Origin: Elusimicrobiota bacterium
GTDB lineage: Bacteria; Elusimicrobiota; Elusimicrobia; Elusimicrobiales; UBA9959
Direction of reading: 5' to 3'
DNA: 64,000 bases
Assembly (NCBI GenBank): GCA_003450815.1
Contig: DMES01000037.1
Location: 831-64,830 of the forward strand
Positions 18,388 to 26,973 of this stretch are shown piece after piece. Numbering within the stretch: the first letter of the stretch is position 1; every line of letters begins with the position of its first letter. The notes under the pieces were generated by a model. The model saw only the letters and a list, made by a program, of their open reading frames with translations, was not told the DNA's origin and did not search any database. The translations under genes and the position numbers were made by a program.

Positions 18388-18849
18388 CTAAGCCAGCGCG
18401 AAGGTCAGATCCGCCTCGGCCGCGAGTTCGTTTTCAACAAAGGCCCGGCCTCGCGCCTTGCCGACCTTTCCTTTTAACCGCAGTATTTCCACATAAAATT
18501 TAAGCACTTCCCCCGGTATCACCTGCCTGCGGAATTTGGCCGATCTTATGCCCGCAAGGTATGCAAAACGGTTCTTTGTTTCCGGCAGGTGCATCATCAT
18601 GGCGGCTCCGGTCTGGGCTATGCCCTCAATAATCAATACTCCCGGCATTATGGGTTTTTGCGGGAAATGGCCATGGAAATAAAGTTCGTTGGCGGTAACG
18701 CATTTTATGCCCACGCAGCTTTTGTTTTCTTCTATAATTTCCACCCTGTCCACCAGCAGAAAGGGATAGCGGTGCGGTATTATTTTTAAAATTTCCTCGC
18801 AGAGAATAATTCTGACTGGTTTGTGTACCGGCGGCTTGGTTTCGTTCAT
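18388..18849 (-). CDS. fabZ: 3-hydroxyacyl-ACP dehydratase FabZ
   Basis: 153 aa. Has HRYPFLLVD and FHGHFPQKPIMPGVLIIEGIAQ. Confidence 0.95.
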   Translation of the reverse strand: MNETKPPVHKPVRIILCEEILKIIPHRYPFLLVDRVEIIEENKSCVGIKCVTANELYFHGHFPQKPIMPGVLIIEGIAQTGAAMMMHLPETKNRFAYLAGIRSAKFRRQVIPGEVLKFYVEILRLKGKVGKARGRAFVENELAAEADLTFALA

Positions 18850-18878
18850 AGTCGGATTCCTGATCCCAGATTCAATAT

Positions 18879-19730
18879 TTAAGATTTAGAATAATTTTCA
18901 ATCGTTTCTCCTGATAATAGTTTAGCAAAATTAATATTACCCGCGTGTCCTGGGCGTTCGGCTTCAATGATAAGGTCTTCGAAAAACAGGCCTGTCAGCG
19001 CCAAATCTCCGATAAGGTCCAGCAGTTTGTGCCGGGCGAATTCGTCGGCGAAGCGCAGACCGTTCTTTGCCAGGATCTCTGTTTCGTCTATTAATACGGC
19101 ATTTTCAAGCGAACCGCCTTTTGCGAGTCCCGCCGCTTTCAGGGCTTTTAGTTCATGGCTGAAGGCAAAGGTTCGCGCCGGTGCTATTTCCCTGAGGTAT
19201 GCTTCTGGTGAAAGGCTAAACTCCACCGCCTGCCTGCCCACCAGCGGGTGCGGGTAGTCATAAACCAGCCTGAAGACCGCTTCGGAAGCTGCGGGCGCCG
19301 CGCGGTACCTGGTTTCGCCTTTTGAAAATTCCACCGGTTTGGTAAGGCGCCCGGCAGAGCGCTCAGAGCCGGGTTTTTCCGTGAGGCCGGCTTCCAGCAG
19401 GGCTTCGGCGAACGGCAGGGCCGAGCCGTCCATAGCCGGCGGCTCCTCTCCCGAGATCTCAATATCCAGATCATCCACGCCAAGCCCGGCGGCCGCCGAA
19501 AGCAAATGCTCAATGGTGTAGAGAGTGTTTTTACCGTCGCCTATATTGGTGCCGCGCGCTGTGCCGCATACATTTTCAGTCAGAGCCGGCATGGGGCCGT
19601 GGAAAAGGGGACTTATAAAGCGTATGCCTGATGAGCCGGGGGCGGGCAGAAAGGTGACCCGTGAAGGAGTTCCCCTGTGCAGGCCTATCCCTTCAAGAGC
19701 TATCGATTTTTTTATTGTTTTCCGGAACAT
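18879..19730 (-). CDS. lpxC: UDP-3-O-acyl-N-acetylglucosamine deacetylase
   Basis: MFRKTIKKSIALEGIGLHRG.. is a typical LpxC N-terminus. The track's GTG start at 19748 lies inside the GATTACA repeat, so ATG 19730 is preferred. Confidence 0.9.
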   Translation of the reverse strand: MFRKTIKKSIALEGIGLHRGTPSRVTFLPAPGSSGIRFISPLFHGPMPALTENVCGTARGTNIGDGKNTLYTIEHLLSAAAGLGVDDLDIEISGEEPPAMDGSALPFAEALLEAGLTEKPGSERSAGRLTKPVEFSKGETRYRAAPAASEAVFRLVYDYPHPLVGRQAVEFSLSPEAYLREIAPARTFAFSHELKALKAAGLAKGGSLENAVLIDETEILAKNGLRFADEFARHKLLDLIGDLALTGLFFEDLIIEAERPGHAGNINFAKLLSGETIENYSKS

Positions 19731-19740
19731 ATTTGAAGAA

Positions 19741-19899
19741 GATTGCACAGATTAAACCAGGATTACACGGATTTTTGTAGTCGCAAAGCTTGCTTTGCCT
19801 CTTCGGCGGTGACGGGCAGTGTCGTCGGCCTGTTCCGCCTATGTTTCTGTCCGTGAGTGATCTGTTAATCTGTGTAATCGCGGTCTAATCTGTGTAATC
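19741..19899. repeat. GATTACA hairpin element, copy C (non-coding insert)
   Basis: GATTGCACAGATT at 19741-19753 and GATTACACGGATT at 19761-19773. The inverse AATCTGTGTAATC at 19867-19879 and 19887-19899. The interior contains a P3 word, GTAGTCGCAAAGCTTGCTTTGCC (19777-19799). Confidence 0.85.
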
Positions 19900-19908
19900 A
19901 CTCAATCA

Positions 19909-20940
19909 CTAAATTCCCAGATGCTTTTTTATTTTGCGGATGGTGGTGTGCATTTCCGGAAGTTTTGAAAGCAGGACCTCTATTCTCATAGCCTGTATGC
20001 GGGGTCTTGCCATATGCCCAAAAACTATCTGGTTTGGGCCTAAATCCGAGATAACGCCCGTTTTGCCCATTACCACCGTATTGTCGCCTATAGTTATGTG
20101 GTCTGAGATCGCTACCTGACCGGCGAGAATAACGCTGTTGCCGATTACGGCTGAGCCGGCTATGCCGACCTGCCCCATAATAAGACAGTTTTTGCCCATG
20201 CGCACATTGTGCGCGATGTGCACGAGGTTGTCTATTTTGGTCCCGTCTCCTATGACGGTGGCTTCAAGTGCCGCCCGGTCTATGGCGGTGTTGGCGCCTA
20301 TTTCCACATCCGAACCTATAATTACCCTGCCTATCTGGGGGATTTTTTTATGAAGCCCTCCGTCGGGTGTGTAGCCGTATCCGTCTGAGCCCGCCACGGC
20401 GCCGGCGTGCAATATTGAGCGCTCGCCTACTTCGCAGTTGTCAAGCACTTTTACGCCGGGGTAAAGACGGGCGTTGGAGCCTATTTTGGCCCCGGCGCCC
20501 ACAAAGCATTGTGCGTCAACATAAGCTCCGTCGCCTATAACGGCGCTGTCTTCGATAATGGATAAGGGGCCTATATAAACGTCTTTTCCAAGCCGCGCTG
20601 TTATGGAGATAACAGCGGAAGGGTGGCAAACACGCGCTTTAAGCGGACGCAGTTCCTTCTCGAGAGCCGCAAGCGCGAGGCTGAAAGCCAGCCTGGGATT
20701 TTTAACCAGCACCAGCGTTCCCTTGAAATCCTTGAGCGCTTCCGCCGCCATTGGGCTTGCCAGCAGGCAGCCTGAGTTTGAGCGTCCGGCTGCCCCGGCA
20801 TATTTGGCGTCCGCCAGGAAACTGAGGTCTTTCGGCCCGGCTTTTTCAAGCGGTGCGGCGCCCGTTATTTCTACATTTTTGCCGGCGCCGCGCAGCTCAC
20901 CGCCGGTCAGTTTCGCCACGGCTTCGGACGTCAGCTTCAT
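19909..20940 (-). CDS. lpxD: UDP-3-O-acylglucosamine N-acyltransferase
   Basis: 343 aa. Has an N-terminal LpxD domain (..LSFLADAKY..) followed by hexapeptide repeats. Confidence 0.9.
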   Translation of the reverse strand: MKLTSEAVAKLTGGELRGAGKNVEITGAAPLEKAGPKDLSFLADAKYAGAAGRSNSGCLLASPMAAEALKDFKGTLVLVKNPRLAFSLALAALEKELRPLKARVCHPSAVISITARLGKDVYIGPLSIIEDSAVIGDGAYVDAQCFVGAGAKIGSNARLYPGVKVLDNCEVGERSILHAGAVAGSDGYGYTPDGGLHKKIPQIGRVIIGSDVEIGANTAIDRAALEATVIGDGTKIDNLVHIAHNVRMGKNCLIMGQVGIAGSAVIGNSVILAGQVAISDHITIGDNTVVMGKTGVISDLGPNQIVFGHMARPRIQAMRIEVLLSKLPEMHTTIRKIKKHLGI

Positions 20941-21986
20941 ATCGGGCTTTCCTCAAGTTTTTTAACAAGTTTGTCCGTAAGGTCAACTGCGGAATGACCG
21001 AAAAGGATGGTGCGCTTGTCCACTACCACGCTCACTCCCTCTTTCACGGCAAGTTCTTTAAGGACCAGGTAGATCCGGCCGAGTATTATTTCGCTTTTAT
21101 TGTTTTCAAATTCCAGGAGTTCCCGCTCGGTCTGGTGCTGGGACAGGCGCAGTCCTTCTTCTTTCTTTGCGAGTTCCGTTTCTTTGAGCACTATCGCGGA
21201 ATCAATTTCCGCGGCTGAGGTTGAAATGGAAAATTTGAAGTAATCCATCGGCACACGGCTTATGCCGGGCATATCTATGCCGGTCATTCCCGGCAGGCCT
21301 GGCGGAGGGACCACCAAAGCAGGCAGAGGTGAAGGGGGGGGAGAGGTTAAGGTGGAGGAAGAGGCTGCGGCTGCTTTACCTATACCTGCTGTTTCCCCGG
21401 CGGTGTTCGTGACTACGGCCGGAATTGTTTGGGTTGAAAGTTGTACCGCGGCGGTAGACATTGAGACTCCGCTGTTCGCCGGCCCGGTTTTGCCGGGCGC
21501 TTCAGGTCCCGAAGCCGGCGGCAGGGGGACTACGGCCGGTTGCGGACCATTTGGGGTGTCAGTGGTTGGAAAATTTGACTGCGCTTCCCCGGGTGAAAGC
21601 TGTACCGGGACGATTTGGGTGGAAATTTGCGGGATTGGAATCTCGGCGGCTTTAGCCGCGGCGGCTGATATCTCTTCAGCCTGGCGCATGAGGCCGGGCA
21701 AAGTAAGGGCGAATTCACGCTCCTGTTTTAGTTTCGCTATATCGGCTTTCAGAGAAAAAATGGCCTGTTTTTTAATGTTCAGGGCGTCTTCTTTCTTTTT
21801 TATTCTGTCTAAAAACTCCTCCCTGGCGTTGGAAGTGCCGGAAAAATTCTTGAAAACACGGTCTATGTCCACATAGCCTATGGTGCCGGACTCGCCCTTG
21901 TTTTCTTCAAGTGAAAGTTCAAGCGCCAAAGCGCGTGATGCCGTAAAAAAAGCTAAAGCGGATAAAAAAAGCGTCAGTTTTTTCAT
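20937..21986 (-). CDS. skp: OmpH/Skp-family periplasmic chaperone with a long Pro/Ala/Thr-rich insertion
   Basis: Signal peptide MKKLTLFLSALAFFTASRALA. OmpH-like coiled segments lie at both ends (IGYVDIDRVF.., ..VVVDKRTILFG). About 150 aa of low complexity lies between them. GAGGG is upstream of ATG 21986. Confidence 0.7.
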   Translation of the reverse strand: MKKLTLFLSALAFFTASRALALELSLEENKGESGTIGYVDIDRVFKNFSGTSNAREEFLDRIKKKEDALNIKKQAIFSLKADIAKLKQEREFALTLPGLMRQAEEISAAAAKAAEIPIPQISTQIVPVQLSPGEAQSNFPTTDTPNGPQPAVVPLPPASGPEAPGKTGPANSGVSMSTAAVQLSTQTIPAVVTNTAGETAGIGKAAAASSSTLTSPPPSPLPALVVPPPGLPGMTGIDMPGISRVPMDYFKFSISTSAAEIDSAIVLKETELAKKEEGLRLSQHQTERELLEFENNKSEIILGRIYLVLKELAVKEGVSVVVDKRTILFGHSAVDLTDKLVKKLEESPI

Positions 21987-21997
21987 GTCAACCCTCA

Positions 21998-22022
21998 TCC
22001 GAAAATTGCTGCAATTTTCGGA
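21998..22022. repeat. palindromic hairpin TCCGAAAATTGC-t-GCAATTTTCGGA (family P2, copy 2)
   Basis: Sits between the bamA stop and the skp start. Its arms are identical to those of the copy at 9704-9731. Confidence 0.8.
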
Positions 22023-24512
22023 TTAGAACAAATTCCCGAGCGTGAAATAAATATCCGAACGCTGCTCTCCGGGCTTATGGTTGAAGCCGTAACCCCAGTC
22101 AAGCCGTATTGGGAAGGCAGGCGTGGTGAAACGGATGCCGAAACCCGCTCCGGCTTTCAGGTTGTTCTGGCTTGTGCCGCTGCGCAGGTTTATGTTGTTG
22201 AAGTGGTCCCAGGAATTGCCCAGATCAAAGAAGAAGGCCCATTGTACTATGGTGCGCTTGCGTTCCCTGGCTATCGGGATCTTGAGCTCTATGTTCAGTA
22301 TGTCGTAAACCTTGCCGCCGTTTTGAGGCCCGATCTGGCCGTTATTGGCGTATCCCCTGATGGTGTCGGCGCCGCCGATGAAATAACGCTCATAAACAGG
22401 CACGCTTTTGGTGGAGCCGAAACGCGCCGCGTAACCCAGACGGTTTGAGATTGCCAGCACAAATGGATAATCTTCTATGGAGAAAAGCTTGAGATTATAA
22501 CTGGCGGTAAGGCTCGGTTTATAATAATCCGCATCCCCCATAAGAGGTCCGCCGGTAAAATCAAGTCCCAGCGCTATGCGCGAACCGCGGGTGGGATCCC
22601 ACACGCTATCCCTGGTATCGCGCGCGAATTCCAGGTAAATGGAGGAAGTGACGCTGGTGCCCTCCAGCAGTTCGCCGGTATAGAGCGGATCTACCGCCGA
22701 AATCCTTACTTTTTCATAGGTATAGGAGGTGGTAAGGGTATATTTGTCGTTCTGAAATCTGGGGGCGAGCGTTACCTTGCCTCCGGCGCGCTGCTCGGTA
22801 TAGGCGGAAAGAGAGGTTTTGTAAGGTTTATAGCGGCGGGTGTTGTAAACATCCACACCAAGGGTAGTGGGATGTGTTCCCATCCAGGGGGTGGACCAGC
22901 TTAGGGTATAATCGTTCACCTTTTTACCGAAGTTCCACGACAGGGAGGTTTTGTAGGCCCGTCCGAAAAGGTTCAGGTGCGACAGCGCGACCGTTCCCAC
23001 CAGCCCGTCCACGGAGGAGATTCCCATGCCGGCGGTAAGCATGCCGGGTTTGCCCTCGGCAACATCAAAAACCAGGTCCACTTTATCCGGGTCGGAGGTG
23101 GGGTTTATTACGGGGCTCACATCGTCTATGAAACCCAGGTTGAAGATCCTTTCCTGGCTGCGCCGTATTTTTGTGGAACTGAAAACTTCGCCCTCTTTTT
23201 GCGTTATTTCGCGCCGTAGCACATAGGTTTTGGTGGCCTTGTTGCCCTCAACGTCTATGTGGTCCACATAGATCGGTTTGTTTTCGGTAATGACAAATTC
23301 AATGTCCAGCGCGCCTGTTTTTTCATTGGGCACTTTCACGGGCTTTATCTGGGCCTTCAGGTAGCCTTTGTCGGCATATTTGTCCTGGATTCCGCGCAGG
23401 GTGTCGTCGAAGCGTTCCTGGTTGAAAAGCTTGCCTTCGCGATATTCCACGGCCGTGGAGAGGTCTTTTGAAAGATAAACGGTGTTGCCAGAAAAATAGG
23501 TGCGGCCGAAGCTTTGCAGCAGGCCCTCGGCAATGTCTATGTGTATAAAAACCCGGCTCCGGTCCTCGTTGAATGAAACTGAAGACGAAGTTATGCTGAA
23601 GTTGCTGTAGCCGTTGTTTTTGTAGAAGGTCTCCAGAACTTTCAGATCGGCGTCAATATCCTGCGGGGAGTAGATCTTTTTAGGGCGGTTTTTCAGTTTC
23701 TTCAGCAGTTTGTTGGTTTTAAATGCTTTGGCTCCTTCAAGCTTCACCTCGGCTACCCTGGCCTTTTTACCCTCGGCTACCGACACCGTAAGGAAGCAGA
23801 GGCGAGCGGCCGTGTCATAGCGGATTTCGTAATCGGTTGTGGCGTCTATGAAGCCTTTTTCATGGTATTTATCGGTTATTTTTATGAGGTCTTCCCTGAT
23901 TTTTAGTTCGTCAAAAAAATCCTTTTCTTTCAGGGACATCTCGTCTTTAACGGAGGTTTTTGAAAGTTCTTTATTGCCTTTCAGCGCTATTTCCTTTATC
24001 ATCGGTTTTTCCGAAACAATATAAGTGATGCGCGCGGTAATGCTTGACGCCGACAGGGCGCTGAACTTGGCCGCCGAGGGCTTGTCGGGAAGTTCCGCGA
24101 TATCCACTGAAACGGTATCCATGCTGCCAAGGCCTAAAATCGCCTCTATGTCCAGGTTGACATAGTCCGGGTAGTAAAGCGCGCCTTTTTTAGCCTTGCC
24201 GGTTTTAAGCACGACTTTTGGTTTCACATTAACCGTGCCTTTCACGGCGGTTTCATACACTTCCCAGGGGCCCCTGGCCTTTTCAAGCGCCGGCTCCGAC
24301 ATGCCCGGCAGGGCGGAGGGGGCAACCGCGGTAACTGTGGATATTTCAGCAGGCGCCGGGGAGGAGGGCGTGGGAGCCGGCTGGGTGGCGGAAGAGGGGG
24401 ATTCTGCGGTGTCGGTGGAAACCGCGCTTGCGGCCGGAACCGGCGCGCCCTGGGCCGCTGAGAAGGAAGCGGAAGCGAAAGGTAAAAGAAGGAGCAGTAA
24501 ATATTTTTTCAT
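22023..24512 (-). CDS. bamA: outer membrane protein assembly factor BamA
   Basis: 829 aa. Signal peptide, POTRA-like repeats, and a C-terminal Omp85 barrel ending ..IYFTLGNLF. It is followed by skp-lpxD in the canonical order. Confidence 0.9.
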   Translation of the reverse strand: MKKYLLLLLLPFASASFSAAQGAPVPAASAVSTDTAESPSSATQPAPTPSSPAPAEISTVTAVAPSALPGMSEPALEKARGPWEVYETAVKGTVNVKPKVVLKTGKAKKGALYYPDYVNLDIEAILGLGSMDTVSVDIAELPDKPSAAKFSALSASSITARITYIVSEKPMIKEIALKGNKELSKTSVKDEMSLKEKDFFDELKIREDLIKITDKYHEKGFIDATTDYEIRYDTAARLCFLTVSVAEGKKARVAEVKLEGAKAFKTNKLLKKLKNRPKKIYSPQDIDADLKVLETFYKNNGYSNFSITSSSVSFNEDRSRVFIHIDIAEGLLQSFGRTYFSGNTVYLSKDLSTAVEYREGKLFNQERFDDTLRGIQDKYADKGYLKAQIKPVKVPNEKTGALDIEFVITENKPIYVDHIDVEGNKATKTYVLRREITQKEGEVFSSTKIRRSQERIFNLGFIDDVSPVINPTSDPDKVDLVFDVAEGKPGMLTAGMGISSVDGLVGTVALSHLNLFGRAYKTSLSWNFGKKVNDYTLSWSTPWMGTHPTTLGVDVYNTRRYKPYKTSLSAYTEQRAGGKVTLAPRFQNDKYTLTTSYTYEKVRISAVDPLYTGELLEGTSVTSSIYLEFARDTRDSVWDPTRGSRIALGLDFTGGPLMGDADYYKPSLTASYNLKLFSIEDYPFVLAISNRLGYAARFGSTKSVPVYERYFIGGADTIRGYANNGQIGPQNGGKVYDILNIELKIPIARERKRTIVQWAFFFDLGNSWDHFNNINLRSGTSQNNLKAGAGFGIRFTTPAFPIRLDWGYGFNHKPGEQRSDIYFTLGNLF

Positions 24513-24651
24513 TTTAATCGGACCGCACGAAAACTTCAGACTTATCCTTTGGGCCGCATTTCATCTAAACACGCGGTCTCAAATTCCTGACTATAACAGC
24601 ACATATAATACAAATTTTGGTCGCAGTTTTGGAAAACCGCTTTCTAACACT

Positions 24652-24680
24652 TTGCGAGCGAACGACAAATAGACTATAAT
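24652..24680 (+). promoter_or_regulatory. sigma70-type promoter candidate for the PIN-PhoH gene
   Basis: TTGCGA (24652-24657), a 17-nt spacer, then a perfect TATAAT (24675-24680), ~45 nt upstream of ATG 24725. Confidence 0.5.
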
Positions 24681-24724
24681 CTCATTGTTCAATGCAAAGG
24701 CCGGTGGAAAATGGAAGGTTCACA

Positions 24725-26026
24725 ATGAAAAAGATCTATATTCTGGACACAAACGTGCTCATTCACGATCCGCTTTCTTTTACCAAATTCGACGACAACA
24801 CCGTTGTAATACCTATTTCTGTTCTGCAGGAGCTGGATACTTTCAAAACCGCCGGCGACGAGCGCGGAAAGAGCGCCCGCGTGATCTCGCGCCGCCTTGA
24901 TGAGTACCGGGTTAAGGGCAAGCTTAATGTCGGAGTTAAACTTGAAAACGGCGGAACGCTGAAAATTGAGCTTGATCATCAGCAGGTGCTGCCGCCGGAG
25001 TTTAGGCTAACGGAGATGGATGACCGCATTCTTAACAGCGCTTTCTGGCTGGCCAAAGAAAAAAATAATGTGGTGCTGGTCACCAAAGATATTAATCTGC
25101 GCCTGAAATCAGATGCCGTGGGCATTAAGGCTGAGGATTACAAGGCGGGCAAGGTAAAGGTGGACGAGTTGTACCCGGGGTTGGAGTTCAGGGATGTTGG
25201 TTCCGCCGTCATAGATAAATTTTATAAAGACAAATCCGTAAAAAACGAAGCGGCGGACCTGGTGCCTAATGAATTCGTCATTTTCAGGGCCAAGGAAGAC
25301 CCGAAAAAAACGGCCATAGGCCGCTGCGACCCCGCGGACGCCTCGGTAATAAGGGCGCTTAGCCCGGAACCGTCACCCTGGGGTATCAGGCCCCTGAACA
25401 AAGAACAGCGCTGCGCCATGGAACTTTTGCTCGACGATAATGTAAAGCTGGTAACCCTTATCGGCACGGCGGGCACGGGTAAAACGCTTATATCGCTGGC
25501 CTGCGGTCTGCAGAAAGCCGTTGACGACAATATTTACAAGCGGCTGATCATATGCCGTTCAGTGGTGCCCGTGGGACGCGACATCGGTTTCCTGCCCGGC
25601 ACCAAGGAAGAGAAACTTTCCACCTGGATGGGCGCCATTTACGATAACCTTGAGATAATAATGGACAAGCGCCACCAGGAGGACTCCCTGCAGAAGTTCG
25701 AATACCTCCTGCAGAACGAGAAGATCGAAATAGCTTCCGTCAGCCATATCCGCGGCCGTTCGCTGCCAAAACAATATATGCTGGTGGACGACGCGCAGAA
25801 CCTGAGCCCGCACGAAATTAAAACCATACTGAGCCGCGCGGGCGAGGGCACCAAGGTGGTGGTGACAGGCGATCCCTATCAGATCGACAACCCCTACCTG
25901 GATATCGCCTCTAACGGACTTACCTATATAGTGGACCGCATGAAAGGCCAGAAGCTTTACGGCCATCTGACCTTCACCAAAACCGAGCGCAGCCAGCTGG
26001 CGTCACTGGTGGCGGAGCTGTTGTAA
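24725..26026 (+). CDS. PhoH-family ATPase with N-terminal PIN domain (YlaK-like)
   Basis: MKKIYILDTNVLIHDP (PIN), Walker A GTAGTGKT, and DDAQN / TGDPYQID. GGAAGG is upstream of ATG 24725. The track's 24692 start has no RBS. Confidence 0.85.
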   Translation: MKKIYILDTNVLIHDPLSFTKFDDNTVVIPISVLQELDTFKTAGDERGKSARVISRRLDEYRVKGKLNVGVKLENGGTLKIELDHQQVLPPEFRLTEMDDRILNSAFWLAKEKNNVVLVTKDINLRLKSDAVGIKAEDYKAGKVKVDELYPGLEFRDVGSAVIDKFYKDKSVKNEAADLVPNEFVIFRAKEDPKKTAIGRCDPADASVIRALSPEPSPWGIRPLNKEQRCAMELLLDDNVKLVTLIGTAGTGKTLISLACGLQKAVDDNIYKRLIICRSVVPVGRDIGFLPGTKEEKLSTWMGAIYDNLEIIMDKRHQEDSLQKFEYLLQNEKIEIASVSHIRGRSLPKQYMLVDDAQNLSPHEIKTILSRAGEGTKVVVTGDPYQIDNPYLDIASNGLTYIVDRMKGQKLYGHLTFTKTERSQLASLVAELL

Positions 26027-26031
26027 ACATG

Positions 26032-26056
26032 GGCTGCTGAAAAAAATCAGCAGCCT
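26032..26056 (+). terminator. hairpin GGCTGCTGA-a7-TCAGCAGCC after the phoH-like gene
   Basis: 9-bp perfect stem 6 nt after the stop. The U-tract is weak (TTGTG). Confidence 0.45.
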
Positions 26057-26059
26057 TGT

Positions 26060-26142
26060 GATTACACGGATTAGCAACAGCGATTACACAGATTATTTTG
26101 TATGAGAAAATCAGTGTAATCTTTTCAGGAATCTGTGTAATC
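26060..26142. repeat. GATTACA hairpin element, copy D (minimal, empty form)
   Basis: GATTACACGGATT at 26060-26072 and GATTACACAGATT at 26082-26094. A 14-nt loop follows, then AATCAGTGTAATC at 26109-26121 and AATCTGTGTAATC at 26130-26142. Confidence 0.85.
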
Positions 26143-26149
26143 CATTTTC

Positions 26150-26971
26150 TTATGGGAACGGGCAATATACCAGGCGGTCAACGCGCAGCTTCTTAAGTTC
26201 TTTTTCCGAAGAATAAAACTTATCGGGAAATTCAATAAACATTGTGTTCCCCCGTATCAGCAGTTTTTCCTTTATCCAGGGGTGGGTTACTTCGAACGCG
26301 CAGGCGCGGCATTCGCGGTCGCAGTCTATGCTGCGCACGGAATTGTCGGGCGCTATGTAGGGCATTCCAACCATGCATGTGCGGGTGGTGGTCAGGTTCA
26401 GGTAGGGATAGTAAAGCGTAAGGCTGAATTTTTTCGGGTTAAACCCATAGGCTCTGTCTCTGAAGTTGGTGCGGGGTCTGATGCCTATGGTTGAAAGTTC
26501 ATAGCGGTTTATACCGATTTTTGTGAAAAAGTCCAGCGCCAGCCGGTTGAGGACTCTGAGCTGGGTCCTTTTCAGCACGAAAATATTGTCGTAAAGCTGC
26601 CGCCCGATGTTTATCTTAAACGGCAGGTTTTCCCTCTCGGCCAGTTCAAGCGCGCCGAAGTCGTTGACGGTGATTTCAAGGTTGTTAATATCCAGTCGCC
26701 CCGCGCTGCGCAGTTTAATAAGTTTTTTGAAGACGGCGGTCAGACGCTTCAGTCCCTTTTCGCTTAAAAGCGGTGTTAGAAGGCAGACTTTTTTGCCTTT
26801 TTCCTGAAAGCGGACGATTTCCGAAACTACCGCGTTTTCCAGCAGATTTTCGCAAAATTCAGGCCCCAGATAAACCCAGTCAAAACGCTCCAGCAGATCT
26901 TTAAGCCTGCCGGAATTCTCCAGCTTGGAAAAGGAGAGGCTGCCCAGCCTTATGCCGTGTTCAATGCTCAT
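26150..26971 (-). CDS. U32-like partner protein (UbiV-like position), Cys cluster
   Basis: About 273 aa from ATG 26971. YLGPEFCENLL, ITVNDFGALELA and the Cys cluster TRTCMVG..CDRECRAC are paralogous to 41583..42278. It starts 2 nt after the upstream U32 stop. Confidence 0.6.
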   Translation of the reverse strand: MSIEHGIRLGSLSFSKLENSGRLKDLLERFDWVYLGPEFCENLLENAVVSEIVRFQEKGKKVCLLTPLLSEKGLKRLTAVFKKLIKLRSAGRLDINNLEITVNDFGALELAERENLPFKINIGRQLYDNIFVLKRTQLRVLNRLALDFFTKIGINRYELSTIGIRPRTNFRDRAYGFNPKKFSLTLYYPYLNLTTTRTCMVGMPYIAPDNSVRSIDCDRECRACAFEVTHPWIKEKLLIRGNTMFIEFPDKFYSSEKELKKLRVDRLVYCPFP

Positions 26972-26973
26972 AA

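Noticed and set aside
9043-24672. Numerous 60-200-aa ORFs antisense to or out of frame with ZIP, msbA, lpxB, lpxI, lpxA, lpxC, lpxD, skp and bamA (for example 9043..9444, 10863..11258, 12270..12842, 16827..17453, 21262..21876, 24196..24672)
   Set aside because: Each is fully embedded in a gene with clear family motifs. They have Arg/Ala/Pro/Gly-rich composition typical of GC-rich shadow frames and no RBS.
12787-26142. Repeated GATTACACAGATT words considered as CRISPR repeats
   Set aside because: The words are 13 nt long. They occur as 2+2 inverted sets forming hairpins rather than direct repeats with unique spacers of uniform length. No cas genes are present.
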